This document shows positions 50,399-63,120 of a stretch of DNA of 64,000 bases, piece by piece. The notes below the pieces were generated by a model. It worked only from the letters and a program-made list of their open reading frames with translations, was not told the origin of the DNA and searched no databases. Within the stretch, counting starts at the first letter, position 1; every line of letters begins with the position of its first letter. Location of the stretch: the NCBI RefSeq assembly GCF_963921235.1, contig NC_086097.1, forward strand, positions 29,948,001-30,012,000. Reading direction: 5' to 3'. The position numbers and the translations under genes are program-made. Origin of the DNA: Mobula hypostoma. Lineage: Eukaryota.

Positions 50399-51889
50399 TG
50401 GAGGCAGGACCAGTTGTCTCTTTGCGGAGATGCCTGCGGGGAGAGAGGAGAATAGTAACATATGAAATCCATGATCCAAAGTTCATTTATTATCAATACC
50501 AAAGTACGTATATGTTACTATATCCCACCTTGAGATTCATTTTCTAACAGGCATTCACAGTATAACAAAGAAATGCAATAGATTCAATGAAAAACTACAC
50601 ACAAAGACTGACAAACAACCAATGTTCAAAAGAAGACAAACTGCAAAAATGAAAATAAAATAATAAATAGATAGGTAAGTAAATAGGTTGATAGATAGAT
50701 AAATAATACTGAGAATGTGAGTTGTGAATTTCTTCAAATTGGGCCCATAGGTTGTGGAATCAGTCAAGAATTGTGGTGAGTGAAGTTATCCACGCTGGTT
50801 CGGTAGCCTGATGGTTAAGTAATAACTGTTCCTGAACCTGGTGGTGTGGGACTTAAAGCTCCTGTGTCTCCTGCCTAATAGCAGCAGAGAGATGGTCTAA
50901 ATGCTATGTTCTCCAGCGATATCCGGTGGGGGTGGGGGGTGTAACATCACAGATCGCTCAGGTGGGTGCGTGAGAGACGGATCACTAAAGGGAGGAAGAG
51001 TTGGTTGAGAGACAGATCAGTACAGTGGTGTGGGGGTGGGATGCAGATTGATCAAGGCAGATCATTGTGATGGGAGTTCTGTGGGGGAAGCAAGAAACGG
51101 GTCACTCCTTTGGAGGGGTGGAAGGGAAGCTGGGAGGCACGAGAGACGCACCTGTTGCGAGGTGAAAGCCAAATCGCTCTGGGAGAGAGAATGAGGAGAG
51201 ATCGAGTCGCATGGAATTCTGTTCTCTGGTAATCGGAAGAATGAGAGGCAGCAATGTTGTTTCCACTGGTAGCTGAGACTAGAACTAAGGGACATGGCCT
51301 CAAGATTCAGGGGAGTAGGTTTAGGGCGGAGATGAGGAGGAATTACCAGAGAGTGATGAATCTGTGGAATTCTCTGCCCAAGGAAGCAGTACAGGCTACA
51401 CAATTAAATATTTTTAAGGCACAGTTAAATAGTTTCTTTTTGCAGTAAGAGTAATGGAGAAAAGGCAGGGAGGTGGAGTGAACTCCACAGCCAGATCACC
51501 CATGATCTTACTGAATGGTGGAGCGGACTCGAACAGCCAGGTGGCCGACTCCAGCTCCTAGTTCTTGAGTATCAAGGCAAATGGGAATTTGGATACATAG
51601 CTACATAGGGACAGAGGCAGGCAGTCCATTTGTATATAGAGGCATGGCCACCTGGAAAGTTATCCAGAGATACGGAGGTATAGATAATTTGGATAGTCAT
51701 GGTCTTTTCACCCCAGGAGAGGGACCTGAGAACAAAAACAGGCAAATATAGAGGGAAGAAACCATCAACGTTTCAGGTCAAAATAGTGTATTAGGATACA
51801 GGACCTTGAGAAATGTTAACAATTTCTTTCACGCCCCCCCCCCCGCCTTAAGATACTTCTAAACCTGCTGAGTTCCCCCAGCAGATAGT

Positions 51890-53690
51890 GTCATAGAAAA
51901 CGACAGCTCATAAACAGGCCCTTTGGCCCATCTAGTCCATGCCAACTATTAATCTGCCTAGTCCCATCAACTTGCAGCTAGACCATAGCCCTCTGTACTC
52001 CTCCCATCAATGTGCCTAACCAAATTTCTTTTAAATGTTGAAATAGAGCCCACATCTACCACTTCTGCTGGTGGTTCATTCCACATTCTCACCATCCTTT
52101 GAGTGAAAAGGATCCCTCTCATACTCCACTTAAATATTTCACCTTTCACCCTTTAACCTATGATCTCTAGTGACACCATTCCTGCAGCTAGGTGACCAGA
52201 ACTGCACACAACACTCCAAATTAGGCCTCACCAAAGTCTTCTACACCTCCTAGAGGACCACAATCTTGTCGCATAGGCTTTGGAGGCTGGTATGCCTCAA
52301 TGACCCGGAGAGCTATGTTAACTGGAGTCAGGGCTTTGTGCTTTGGCTCTTGATGGGGGTCACCATTGCCAAACAGGTCAAAGGGTAGAGGCTAGACTAA
52401 GAGAGGTCCACCAGTCCTCCAGGTTTGGGGGTTCAGCTCAGGACTAACAACCCAGACTGGTCAAAAAAATAGTTACCGAAACAGCAATGAAGAGTCCTTC
52501 TAAAAGTGTGTGCGATGCTATGAACGTACAGAGATGGAGGATCTTCATAGCTGCCCTAAATGCCAGTGACATAACAGGCAGTAACTAACTAATGTCTTAT
52601 CAGCTTCAACATAACATCTCAACTCCTGTACCCAGTACTTTGATTTATGGAAGTCAATATGCCAAAAGCTTTGTTTGCGACCCTATCTATCTGTGATGCT
52701 TCTTTCAAGGAATTATGGATCTGTATTCCCAGATCCCTGTTCTACTGCACTCCTCAGTGCCCTTCCCTGGTTTGTTCTCCAAAAATACAACACCTCACAC
52801 TTGTCTGCAGTAAGTTCTGTCTGCCATTTTTCCAGATCCCAGTCCAAGCTTTGATAGCCTTCCTCTTTGTCCACTATGCCTCAGTCTTGGTGTCACTTGC
52901 AAATATGCTGATCCAGTTTCCTACATTATCATCTAGTTGACAAACAACAAGAGAGCCAGCACTGATCCTTGCAGCACTCTAGTCACAGGCCTCCAGTCAG
53001 GGGTGGTATCTACTACCACCCTCTGGCATCTCCCATTGTCTAATCCAATGTGCTACCTCATCATGAATGCCAAATGTCTGAACCTACTTGACCAACCTCC
53101 CATTGTCAAATGCCTTGCTAAAGTCCATGTTGACAACATCCACTGCCTTGTCTTCATCGACCTTCCTGGTAACTTCCTTGAAAAATTCTGTAAGGTTAGT
53201 TACCACACACAAAGTCATGTTGACAATCCCTAACCAGTCCCCGTCTGTCCAAATATTTACAAATCCAGTCCCTTAGAATACCATCCAATAACTTTCCCAC
53301 TACTGATGTTAGGCTCACTGGCCTATAATTTTTCAGCTTGTTCTTAAGAGACTTTCTTTAACCGCAGAACATTAGCTATCATCTAATTGTCCGGCACCTC
53401 ACCTGTTGCTAAGAGCATTTTAAATATCCGTTAGAGCCCCTACAGTTCCTGCACTAGCCACCTACAAAGTCCAAGAGAACACCTTGCAAGCCCTGGGTCA
53501 ACACCTTGACCCACCCCAATTTGCCTCAAGACAGCAAAAACCTCCTCTTCTGTAATCTGTATATGGTCCACGACCTCCTTGTTGTTTTACCTTAGAGTTG
53601 TTCTACAGACTCTGTGCCCATCTCCCAAGTAGATTCAAAATATCCATTTAAAATCTCCCCCGTTTCTTTCGCGTAAATGACCACTCTGAA
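51890..53690 (-). mobile_element. Old CR1 LINE fragment
   Basis: Heavily decayed RT and 3' UTR, interrupted at 52244-52590. Confidence 0.75.
52244..52590 (+). mobile_element. Short non-autonomous RTE-derived element (5' UTR joined to 3' tail)
   Basis: GGACCACAATCTTGTCG...GCCTCAATGACCCGGAGAGCTATG and TCCTCCAGGTTTGGGGGTT...CTAACAACCC resemble RTE 5' UTR motifs. (TAAC)n tail. Degenerate AAWGTCTT duplication at the flanks. Confidence 0.6.
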
Positions 53691-54229
53691 CTACAAGAGG
53701 ACTAATTTTGTCCTTTCCTTTTCAATATTGAATAGATTTCAGTGAGATTCCACCACCCCGCCCCCCAACTGCCACTTTCATCATTCAAATCTCCAGTGAG
53801 TACAGGCCCAAAATCATTCAACGGTTCTCATACCCTTCATACAGCCCCTACATTCCTGGAATTATTCTCATGAACCCCCTCTGGACCCACTCCGATGCAC
53901 ATCTTTTCTTAGATTAGGGGCCAAACTGCTCACTTTCGGCTCCACGTAAAGATGGCCACACTGATCTTCCAGAGGACCACTTTTGTCCCCCGCTATCCTT
54001 TTGCTTTTAATGTACTGGATCTACAGAAGCTCTTGGGATTTTCCTACACCTTCCCTGCTAGAGACTTCCTGATTCCCTTCTTAAATGTTCTCTTGTATTT
54101 TTTGTACTCAAGTACCTCATTTATTCCCTCCTGCCTAGATTGGCTCTGCATCTGTAAGATTTTGTGAGTAAAACATGTGAGAGTCATTTTCTGTGTTTAA
54201 CAAAAGCCGCAGCCCTTTACTTCTAATAC

Positions 54230-55915
54230 GGACAAAATCACTACAGAAAAGGATCTTGGCAATTGTAGGGATGACTTACAGTAGATGGAGAAGCTTGAGC
54301 AAATAGACATTAAGAAAGAGGATGTGCTGGGGCTTTTGGAAAGCATCAAGTTGGATAAGTCACTGGGACCTGACAAGATATACCCCAGGCTACTGTGGGA
54401 GGTGAGGGAGGAGATTGCTGAGCCTCTGGCAATGATCTTTGCATCATCAATGGGGATGGGAGAGGTTCCGGAGGATTGGAGGGTTGCAGATGTTGTTCCC
54501 TTATTCAAGAAAGGGAGTGGAGATAGCCCAGGAAATTATAGACCAGTCAGTCTTACTTCAGTGGTTGGTAAGTTGATGGAAAAGATCCTGAGAGGCAGGA
54601 CTTATGAACATTTGGAGAGGCATAATATGATTAGGAATAGTCAGCACGGCTTTGTCAAAGACAGGTCGTGCCTTACGAGCCTGATTGAATTTTTTTGAGC
54701 ATGTGACTAAACACATTGATGAAGGAAGAGCAGTAGATGTAGTGTATATGAATTTCAGCAAGGCATTTGATAAGGTACCCTACACAAGGCTTATTGAGAA
54801 AGTAAGGAGGCATGGGATCCAAGGGGACCTTGCTTTGTGGATCCAGAATTTGCTTGCCTGCAGAAGGCAGAGTGGTTGTAGATGCGTCATTTTCTGCATG
54901 GAGGTCGGTGACCAGTGGTGTGCCTCAGGGATCTGTTCTGGGACCCCCACTCATTGTGAATTTTATAAATGACCTGGATGAGGAAGTAGAGGGATGGGTT
55001 CATAAATTTGCTGATGACACAAAGGTTGCGGGGGTTGTGGATAGTGTGGAGGGCTGTAGAGGTTACAGCAGGACATCGATAGGATGCAAAACTGGGCTGA
55101 GAAGTGGCAGATGGAGTTCAACCCAGATAAGTGTGAGGTGGTTCATTTTGGTAGGTCAAATATGATGACAGAATATAGTATTAATGGTAAGACTCTTGGC
55201 AGTGTAGAGGATCAGAGGAATCTTGGGGTCTGAGTCCATAGGACACTTAAAGCTGCTGCGCAGGTTGACTCTGTGGTTAAGAAGGCATATGGTGCATTGG
55301 CCTTCATCAACAATGGGATTGAGTTCAAGAGCCAAGAGGTAATGTTACAGCTATATAGGACTCTGGTCCGACCCCACTTGGAGTACTGTGCTCAGTTCTG
55401 ATCACCTCACTCCAGGAAGGATGTGGAAACTATAGAAAGGGTGCAGAGGAGATTTACAAGGATGTTGCCTGGATTGGGGAGCATGCCTCATGTGAATAGG
55501 TTGAGTGAACTTGGCCTTTTCTCCTTGGAGCGATGGAGGAGGAGAAATGACCTGACAGAGATGTATAAGATGATGAGAGACATTGATCGTGTGGGTAGTC
55601 AGAGGCTTTTTCCCAGGGCAGAAATGGCTATCACGAGATGGCACAGTTTTAAAATGCTTGGAAGTAGGTACAGAGGAGATGTCAGGGGCAAGTTTTTTTA
55701 ATGCAGAGAGTGGTGAGTCCGTGGAATAGGCTGCCGGCAACGGTGGTGGAGGTGGATACAATAGAGTTTTTTAAGAGACTCCCGGATAGGTACATGGAGC
55801 TTAGAAAAATAGACGGCTATGGGTAACCCTAGGTAATTTCTAAAATAAGTACATGTTTGGCACAGCATTGTGGGCCAAAGGTCCTGTATTGTACTGTAGT
55901 TTTTCTATGTTTCTA
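54230..55915 (+). mobile_element. CR1 LINE 3' portion
   Basis: PGNYRPVSLTS, GVPQGSVLGP, KFADDTK motifs and TTCTATGTTTCTA tail. Confidence 0.92.
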
Positions 55916-55934
55916 AAAGCAGTAACCTTACACC

Positions 55935-57124
55935 ATAAGATACAGGAGCAGAATTAGGCCATTTGGCCCATTTAGTCTGTTCTGCCATTTCATCAAGGCT
56001 GATCTAATTTTCCTTTCACCCCCAATCTCCTGCCTTCCCCTTGTCTCCCCTCATGCTCTGACCAGTCAAGAATCTATCAACTTCTGCATTAAATATACTT
56101 ACAGACTTGGCCTCCACAGCTGCCTGTGACAACAAATTCCACAGATTCACCACTCTCTGGCTAAAGAAATCCCTCCTCATCTCTGTTCTGAAAGGATGTC
56201 CCTCTGTTCTGAGGCTGTGTCCTCTGGTCTTAGACTCGCCCACCATAGGAAACATTCTCTCCACAGTCACTCTATCAAGGCCTTTCACTATTTGATAGAT
56301 TTCAATGAGGTTACCCCTCATTCTTCTGAATTTTAGTGAATACAGGCCCAGAGCCAACAAATGCTTTTCATATGACAAGCCATTTAATCCTCAACTATTT
56401 TCATGAACTTCCTTTGAACCCTCAGTTTCAGCACACTCTTTCACTTTCCCAAGAAGTTTCTCTCTAGAAATGGTAACTTCACACACTTCATCACCCCTGG
56501 AACTTCCACCATACTGCCTGTCTTCCACAGAGAAGACTGATGCAAAATACTTCTTCAATTCATCTGCCATTTCCTGTCCCTTAGTACTACCTCTCCAGCA
56601 TTGTTTTCCAGCAGTCCAATATCCACTCTCACCTCTCTTTTGCACTTTATGTAACTGAAGAAACTTTTGGTATCCTCTTTAATATTATTGGCTCGCTTGT
56701 GTTTGTTTTCCATCCTTGCCTTCTTAATGACTTTTTGATTGCCTTCTATGTCTTTAAAAGCGACCCAATCCTCTAACATCCCACTAATTTTTGCTCTATT
56801 ACATGCTCTCTTTGATGTTAATGTTGGCTTTGACTTCTTGTTAGCCACGGTTGTGTCATCTTTTCTTTAGAAACTTCTTCCTCTTTGGGATGTACATATC
56901 CTATGCCTTCCAAATTGCTTCCAGAAATTCCAGCCATTGCTGCTCTGCCATCATCCCTGCCAGTGTTCTTTTCCAATCAGTTCTGCTCTCATACCTTTGG
57001 AATTCCCTTTACTCCACTGTATTACTGACATATCTCACCTTAGTTTCTTCTCAAATTTTAGGGTGAATTGTCATATTATGATCACTTTCTCCAAAGGGTT
57101 CTTTTACCTTAAGCTCCCCAAGGC
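55935..57124 (-). mobile_element. CR1 LINE, internally deleted
   Basis: ANNIKEDTKSFF and QEMADELKKYFASVF joined directly to C-terminal RDFFSQRVVNLWN. Confidence 0.85.
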
Positions 57125-58202
57125 TGTCGTGTCAGATCCCGTCTCTTAAAGAGAACACAACTCAATGACTGTGTTTATGAATGATGTAGAACAGATTCTA
57201 TTATGAACAATATATGTCATCGGTCATCCATTACCCGACACAGGCTCCCCTCCACCCCACCCCAGAGTTCACCAAAACCAGCATGGAGAATCTGGAGCTT
57301 GTAGAAGCCATGCAGCTGAGGCCCTATGTGCTTTGGTTGGAGTAACAGCAGGCGACTCTGGCTCATCCGGGGGTGTGCTGACACACACTTGGTCAAGTTG
57401 TGAAGCAGGGAGTATGGTAGTGGAACCATCCAAGTCTTGCTCGGCCAGCTTAAGGCAATCTGTATTTACCCTTCCTATCTACAAAAATAGTCTTTTTGCT
57501 CTGTTCCAAAACCTGGAATGGGCCATCGTCAGGAGGCTTAAGGGTGTGTTGATATGCACTATGGTGGACAAAGCAAACGGGGTAGAACGTAGGTCATCTG
57601 GAACCCAAGAGTGCTGCATTGCCACAATGGGACGTAGGAATAGGTGAGCTTATTGAGGGCAGAACGTTACTGAGGCACTGACCAGGCAGTTGTGGCATCA
57701 AGAACAAAATCACCCAGCACCCGTGGTGTCTGCCCATACACCATCTCAGCTGCGGAGGACTGGAGGTCCTCTTTTGGAGCTGCTCTGAGCCCGAACAGGA
57801 CCCAGGGGAGACTATCATGCCAGGACTCGTCTATCAGGGAGGCCCTCAGAGCAACCTTTAAGGAATGGTGGAACGGCTCACACAGGCCATTGGACTGCGA
57901 GTCATATGCTGTGTTGCGATGCCGAGGTTCTGGGCCATTGGAGCCCAGAGGTCTGACATGAATTGGGAATTGTGGTCAGAAGAAATATCGGATGGGGTGC
58001 CAACCCAAGCAACCCAGATATTGATGAACACCTGAGCCACATCCACAGCCATCGTCGATGCTAAAGAGACAACATCTGGCCACTTGGTGGTATGGTCCAC
58101 CATGATAACGAGATGTGTGAAATCACCAGACGGTGGGGAGTGGGAAGAACCAACCAGATCCATATCGACATGCATTTTGTGTGTGTGGTTCCGGATTTCC
58201 AG

Positions 58203-59061
58203 TGTTACGAGAATACACATAAAATTAAGATGTTTGCTGGCCTGGGCTAGCATCAGTGGCATCAGCAGTTGGTCTGCCACCTGCCCTCAGGGGAAGGAGA
58301 GATAAGGAACAATGGAGCAGCGTCTGGAGATGTGTAATGAAGGGACGTGGGAGAGAGAGCTGTCTGGAGCGGCTCCCCCCCTTTGAACCCTGAACTGTTT
58401 GAAGTGATGGACAGGCGATACCCCAGCAGGGGGATAAAAAGGGACAGGTTCGCTAAGACAGGGACACACACGCCACCCGAGGTAACGAGACCCTGGAAGC
58501 GGTGCGCCTCTCACGAGTGGGTGAGAAGTATCAGACAACGACCAGGGTGGAAAGGTACGATCAGCGGGAACCCGGTGTGTGTCCGCCCTTGCCTGGGTGC
58601 CGGGTTCACTGCAGAGGATCGACCGCATCTGGAGAAGGGGTCACAGTCGGTGACCTCAGGTGACATCACAGAGGACCCGCCCAAAAGTTGCTTGTGAGCA
58701 ATCTCGCCGGTCTGTGAGTGAAGCAGTGTTCTGAATGATCAGTTGTTCCTGTTCTCTCTGTCTCTCTTCCCCTACCTGGTCCATCGCCATGGCAACGATT
58801 ACTGCAAACTGAACTGGACTGAACTTTGAGTCATTTTGAAATTGGTCATTTACCCCTAGACAACGATAGAGCTTGATTGATGCTGTTATCTTAATTATGT
58901 GCACATGTGCGTTTATCATCGCTGAACTGTTGCATTTATTATCCTTTCGATTACTGTGTTGCTTGTTTCTTTAATAAAACTTTCTTAGTTCTAGTACTCC
59001 AGACTCCAACTGAGTGATCCATTTCTGCTGGTTTGGCAACCCAGTTACGGGGTACGTAACA
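58203..59061 (+). mobile_element. 859-bp solo LTR
   Basis: Perfect 7-bp terminal inverted repeats TGTTACG...CGTAACA, 4-bp TSD CCAG (58199-58202 and 59062-59065), AATAAA at 58973. Confidence 0.9.
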
Positions 59062-59936
59062 CCAGCACCTGCAGATTTTCTTTTGTTTGAAACTTTAAAG
59101 CAACCAATTTCTGTAAAGCCTTCCCGTCCGGATGCAGGAGGCCCGTGAATTGAGTTAAAAGGAGTACGCCTCCGGTTTGCAGGGGCTATGGGGCAAGGGC
59201 AACCTGTTAACACGTTGCACAGGAGAGAAGCTCTTGTGTCCCCAAACTCGACGTCAGCCGCCTGCAGGCCCGTGACTGCTGTCCTGTGAGCCTGGAGTTT
59301 CGGGTTGCCTGTTCGGTTGGTTACCGTACCAGCAGTCAACCCCGATGTGTACGGCACCGACAGCAGGCTGTGAGAGGCAATCAGCCACAGCATTATTTTC
59401 CCCTTCGACGTGCTGAATGTCAGTCACGAATTCCGAAATGTAGGCCATATGGTGCTGCTGTACGCAGACTGGCGTTTAGCTGGGTTAATAATCAGCCCAC
59501 GTTGGCTTAAGCGCTTGGAAAGTGTGCGGAGATGTGATGTGTGATTGCTTTTAGATGCCCTGTCACTCAGGTAAACAAAAAGAAAATCTCAAGTTTCTTT
59601 TTTTAAAAAGAGTCAATTAGTTGCTGGAAAGTCTTGTGCTGCATTTTTCAGCCCAAACGATAGGTCCTACGGGGTTTTCAAAGCAGTTTCTGGAACGTCC
59701 TCTTGCACTGAGGCAGCTGATAGTAGCCGACTAAGTCCACTTTAGAAAAAAAAATCTCCCCGGCTAAACGTGCCGAAATGTCTTGAATACGTGGGACCGG
59801 GTGACGATCGGGGTGCTGGCTTCGTTAGGGAGGCGGTAATCGCCTCATGGACAGCAATCACCATCGGGTTGAGAGACCACGTGGAGGGGTGAAGCCCAAG
59901 TGCTATTTGACCTGCATACAATGCCAAACATTTCAA

Positions 59937-61648
59937 GCAACATACATCAAAGTTGCTGGTGAACGCAGCAGGCCAAGCAGCATCTATAGGAAGAGGCGCA
60001 GTCGACGTTTCGGGCCGAGACCCTTCGTCAGGACTAACTGAAGGAAGAGTGAGTAAGGGATTTGAAAGTTGGAGGGGGAGGGGGAGATCCAAAATGATAG
60101 GAGAAGACAGGAGGGGGAGGGATAGAGCCGAGAGCTGGACAGGTGATAGGCAAAAGGGGATACGAGAGGATCATAGGACAGGAGGTCCGGGAAGAAAGAC
60201 AAGGGGGGGGGTGACCCAGAGGATGGGCAAGAGGTATATTCAGAGGGACAGAGGGAGAAAAAGGAGAGTGAGAGAAAGAATGTGTGCATAAAAATGAGTA
60301 ACAGATGGGGTACGAGGGGGAGGTGGGGCCTTAGCGGAAGTTAGAGAAGTCGATGTTCATGCCATCAGGTTGGAGGCTACCCAGACGGAATATAAGGTGT
60401 TGTTCCTCCAACCTGAGTGTGGCTTCATCTTTACAGTAGAGGAAGCCGTGGATAGACATGTCAGAATGCGAATGGGATGTGGAATTAAAATGTGTGGCCA
60501 CTGGGAGATCCTGCTTTCTCTGGCAGACAGAGCGTAGATGTTCAGCAAAGCGGTCTCCCAGTCTGCGTCGGGTCTCACCAATATATAAAAGGCCACATCG
60601 GGAGCACCGGACACAGTATATCACCCCAGTCGACTCACAGGTGAAGTGTTGCCTCACCTGGAAGGACTGTTTGGGGCCCTGAATGGTGGTAAGGGAGGAA
60701 GTGTAAGGGCATGTGTAGCACTTGTTCCGCTTACACCGATAGGTGCCAGGAGGGAGATCAGTGGGGAGGGATGGGGGGGACGAATGGACAAGGGAGTTGT
60801 GTAGGGAGCAATCCCTGCGGAATGCAGGGGGGGGGCGGGGAGGGAAAGATGTGCTTAGTGGTGGAATCCCGTTGGAGGTGGCGGAAGTTACGGAGAATAA
60901 TATTTTGGACCCGGAGGCTGGTGGGGTGGTAGGTGAGGACCAGGGGAACCCTATTCCTAGTGGGGTGGTGGGAGGATGGAGTGAGAGCAGATGTACGTGA
61001 AATGGGGGAGATGCGTTTAAGAGCAGAGTTGATAGTGGAGGAAGGGAAGCCCCTTTCTTTAAAAAATGAAGACATCTCCCTCGTCCTAGAATGAAAAGCT
61101 TCATCCTGAGAGCAGATGCGGCGGAGACGGAGGAATTGCGAGAAGGGGATGGCGTTTTTGCAAGAGACAGGGTGAGAAGAGGAATAGTCCAGATAGCTGT
61201 GAGAGTCAGTAGGCTTATAGTAGATATCAGTGGATAAGCTGTCTCCAGAGACAGAGACAGAAAGATCTAGAAAGGGGAGGGAGGTGTCGGAAATGGACCA
61301 GGTAAACTTGAGGGCAGGGTGAAAGTTGGAGGCAAAGTTAATAAAGTCAACGAGTTCTGCATGTGTGCAGGAAGCAGCGCCAATGCAGTCATCGATGTAG
61401 CGAAGGAAAAGTGGGGGACAGATACCAGAATAGGCACGGAACATAGATTGTTCCACAAAGCCAACAAAAAGGCAGGCATAGCTAGGACCCATACGGGTGC
61501 CCATAGCTACACCTTTAGTTTGGAGGAAGTGGGGGGAGCCAAAGGAGAAATTATTAAGAGTAAGGACTAATTCCGCTAGATGGAGCAGAGTGGTGGTAGA
61601 GGGGAACTGATTAGGTCTGGAATCCAAAAAGAAGCGTAGAGCTTTGAG
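59937..61648 (-). mobile_element. Young 5'-truncated Neptune-type Penelope-like element
   Basis: RT (GVAMGTRMGPSYA, RYIDD), Cys-rich linker CKRNKCYTC, GIY-YIG GVIYC...LYIGETRRRLGDRFAEH. One frameshift in a homopolymer at about 60827-60844; stop at 60331. CATTTCAA is duplicated at 59929-59936 and 61649-61656. Confidence 0.95.
60000..60035 (-). ncRNA. Minimal type I hammerhead ribozyme in the PLE 3' region
   Basis: AGUC-CUGACGA-A-GGG UCUCGG CCC-GAAA-CGUC-GACU: intact core, stem I AGUC/GACU, stem II GGG/CCC, palindromic loopless stem III ACGU. Confidence 0.8.
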
Positions 61649-63120
61649 CATTTCAATGCCGGCAAGCCCAGCCTTCGTGCTGGCCAGCTTTTCTGAGCCC
61701 AACGTGGACTGGCGAGCCAGTTGTGGAAAATGTGGGCTTGATGAGGTTTGGGAATTTGCCCAGCAGGCAGAGGGCACAGGGTAACGACCCAAAAGTCCTT
61801 TTGCATGCACAAGCCGGCAGTTCTGCCGAACAAAGGTCTAGCATCGTTAGCCAAGACAAGGTCCTCGTGTGGTGTGGTCCATCGAAGCAGAGTGTGGCCC
61901 GTAGAGTCCTATAATTTGGATCCCGCCGCCGCTGGCGGCCTCCAGCAAGCTCTTTGCCTCATAATAATGGCAGCACCCTGACTTGAGCACCGGAAGCATT
62001 ACACCCTGATAGGGTGTCCGTAATGAATAGACGACGACCCCGGTAACTTGAACCCACGCTGTTCACAGACCTCTGATATCCCGATGCGCTGGCACTGTCG
62101 AGGCTGCAATGAGGTCGGTCCTCGGCGTTCGTGCCGAAGAGTCCACGGTTAAAAACACAAGACCGGCGTGGTCTGGTTCGGAGCCGCATTCTTGAGTAAG
62201 ATGGACGCTCTGCCGTCAGGGCTTACTGAGGCCTGGCTGACCTGCTGTCTTTCAAGGGCCATGAGAGCGAGGGCTACGCGAACTTGATTAGGCATTTCTT
62301 CTTCTTCTTGTGTTGTTTTATGGCGGTTGGCAAACCAGCTTTAAGGTGCATTACCGCCACCTGCTAGACTGGAGTGTGGATCGTTGGATAAACAGGAGAA
62401 GGGAAAAGAATTGCATTCCCTATATTCCGTATAATAAACCCGAGTCTTTCAGATACTTCATGATACGGATCTGTATTTCTCTTGAATTCCCACTTAAAAT
62501 ATCTTCTATACCCACAGCAGTTTTTTTGTTTATCTTAAGCGCTCCTATCATCTTCACTCTTTCTCGTTGGTACTTCTTACATTTTATCAATACCTGTTCA
62601 ACTGTTTCTGGTTGATTACACTGTTCACACAACCCAGTTGGATGTTTCCTTATTTTATGTAATGTGTAATTAAGACTTGTGTGTCCAATTCTTAAACGAT
62701 TGATGATCACTTCTGTCTTTCTATATCCACTTGACAATCTTTTGTATCTGACTTGCCTCTGTATTTTGTACAGTTGCCTCCCTGTTTCACTCTCATCCCA
62801 GTGCTTCTGCCATGTCTCCTCAATACTGCACGTGTTTTTATAATGCTTTTGACTTCTCCTTTGCTTGGAGGGATCTGGACCTCTATTATAGACAATTTGA
62901 GTGATTGTCTGGCTATATTATCCACCTTTTCATTATCCTCCACTCCACAATGAGCAGGAACCCAAAGAAAGCTTACTTCTACCCCATTTTTGGTCAGTGT
63001 ATATAACTTGCATAAAATCTCCAATAAAATATCCTGTCTACTTTCTGATTTTCTTGATTTTATCGAGGTTAATGCAGATAAACTGTCTGAACAGATTGCA
63101 GCCTTTTTGATATTATTTTC

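Larger units (their letters stand above)
57125..62295 (-). mobile_element. Decayed Ty3/Gypsy element (CsRn1-like) hosting nested insertions
   Basis: Short 3' LTR 57125-57240 (TGTCG...CGACA) with G-rich PPT. Integrase HVDMDLVG...MVDHTTKWP. RNase H YISEFVTDIQHVEGENNAVADCLS. RT start GIVCRSNSTWASPLHVV. Protease remnant LFITDTLSG...GAQVRVLP. Confidence 0.85.

Noticed and set aside
50434..50479. ORF-track N-terminus MDHGFHMLLFSSLPA of the receptor
   Set aside because: It starts at a non-ATG codon and translates the intronic polypyrimidine tract.
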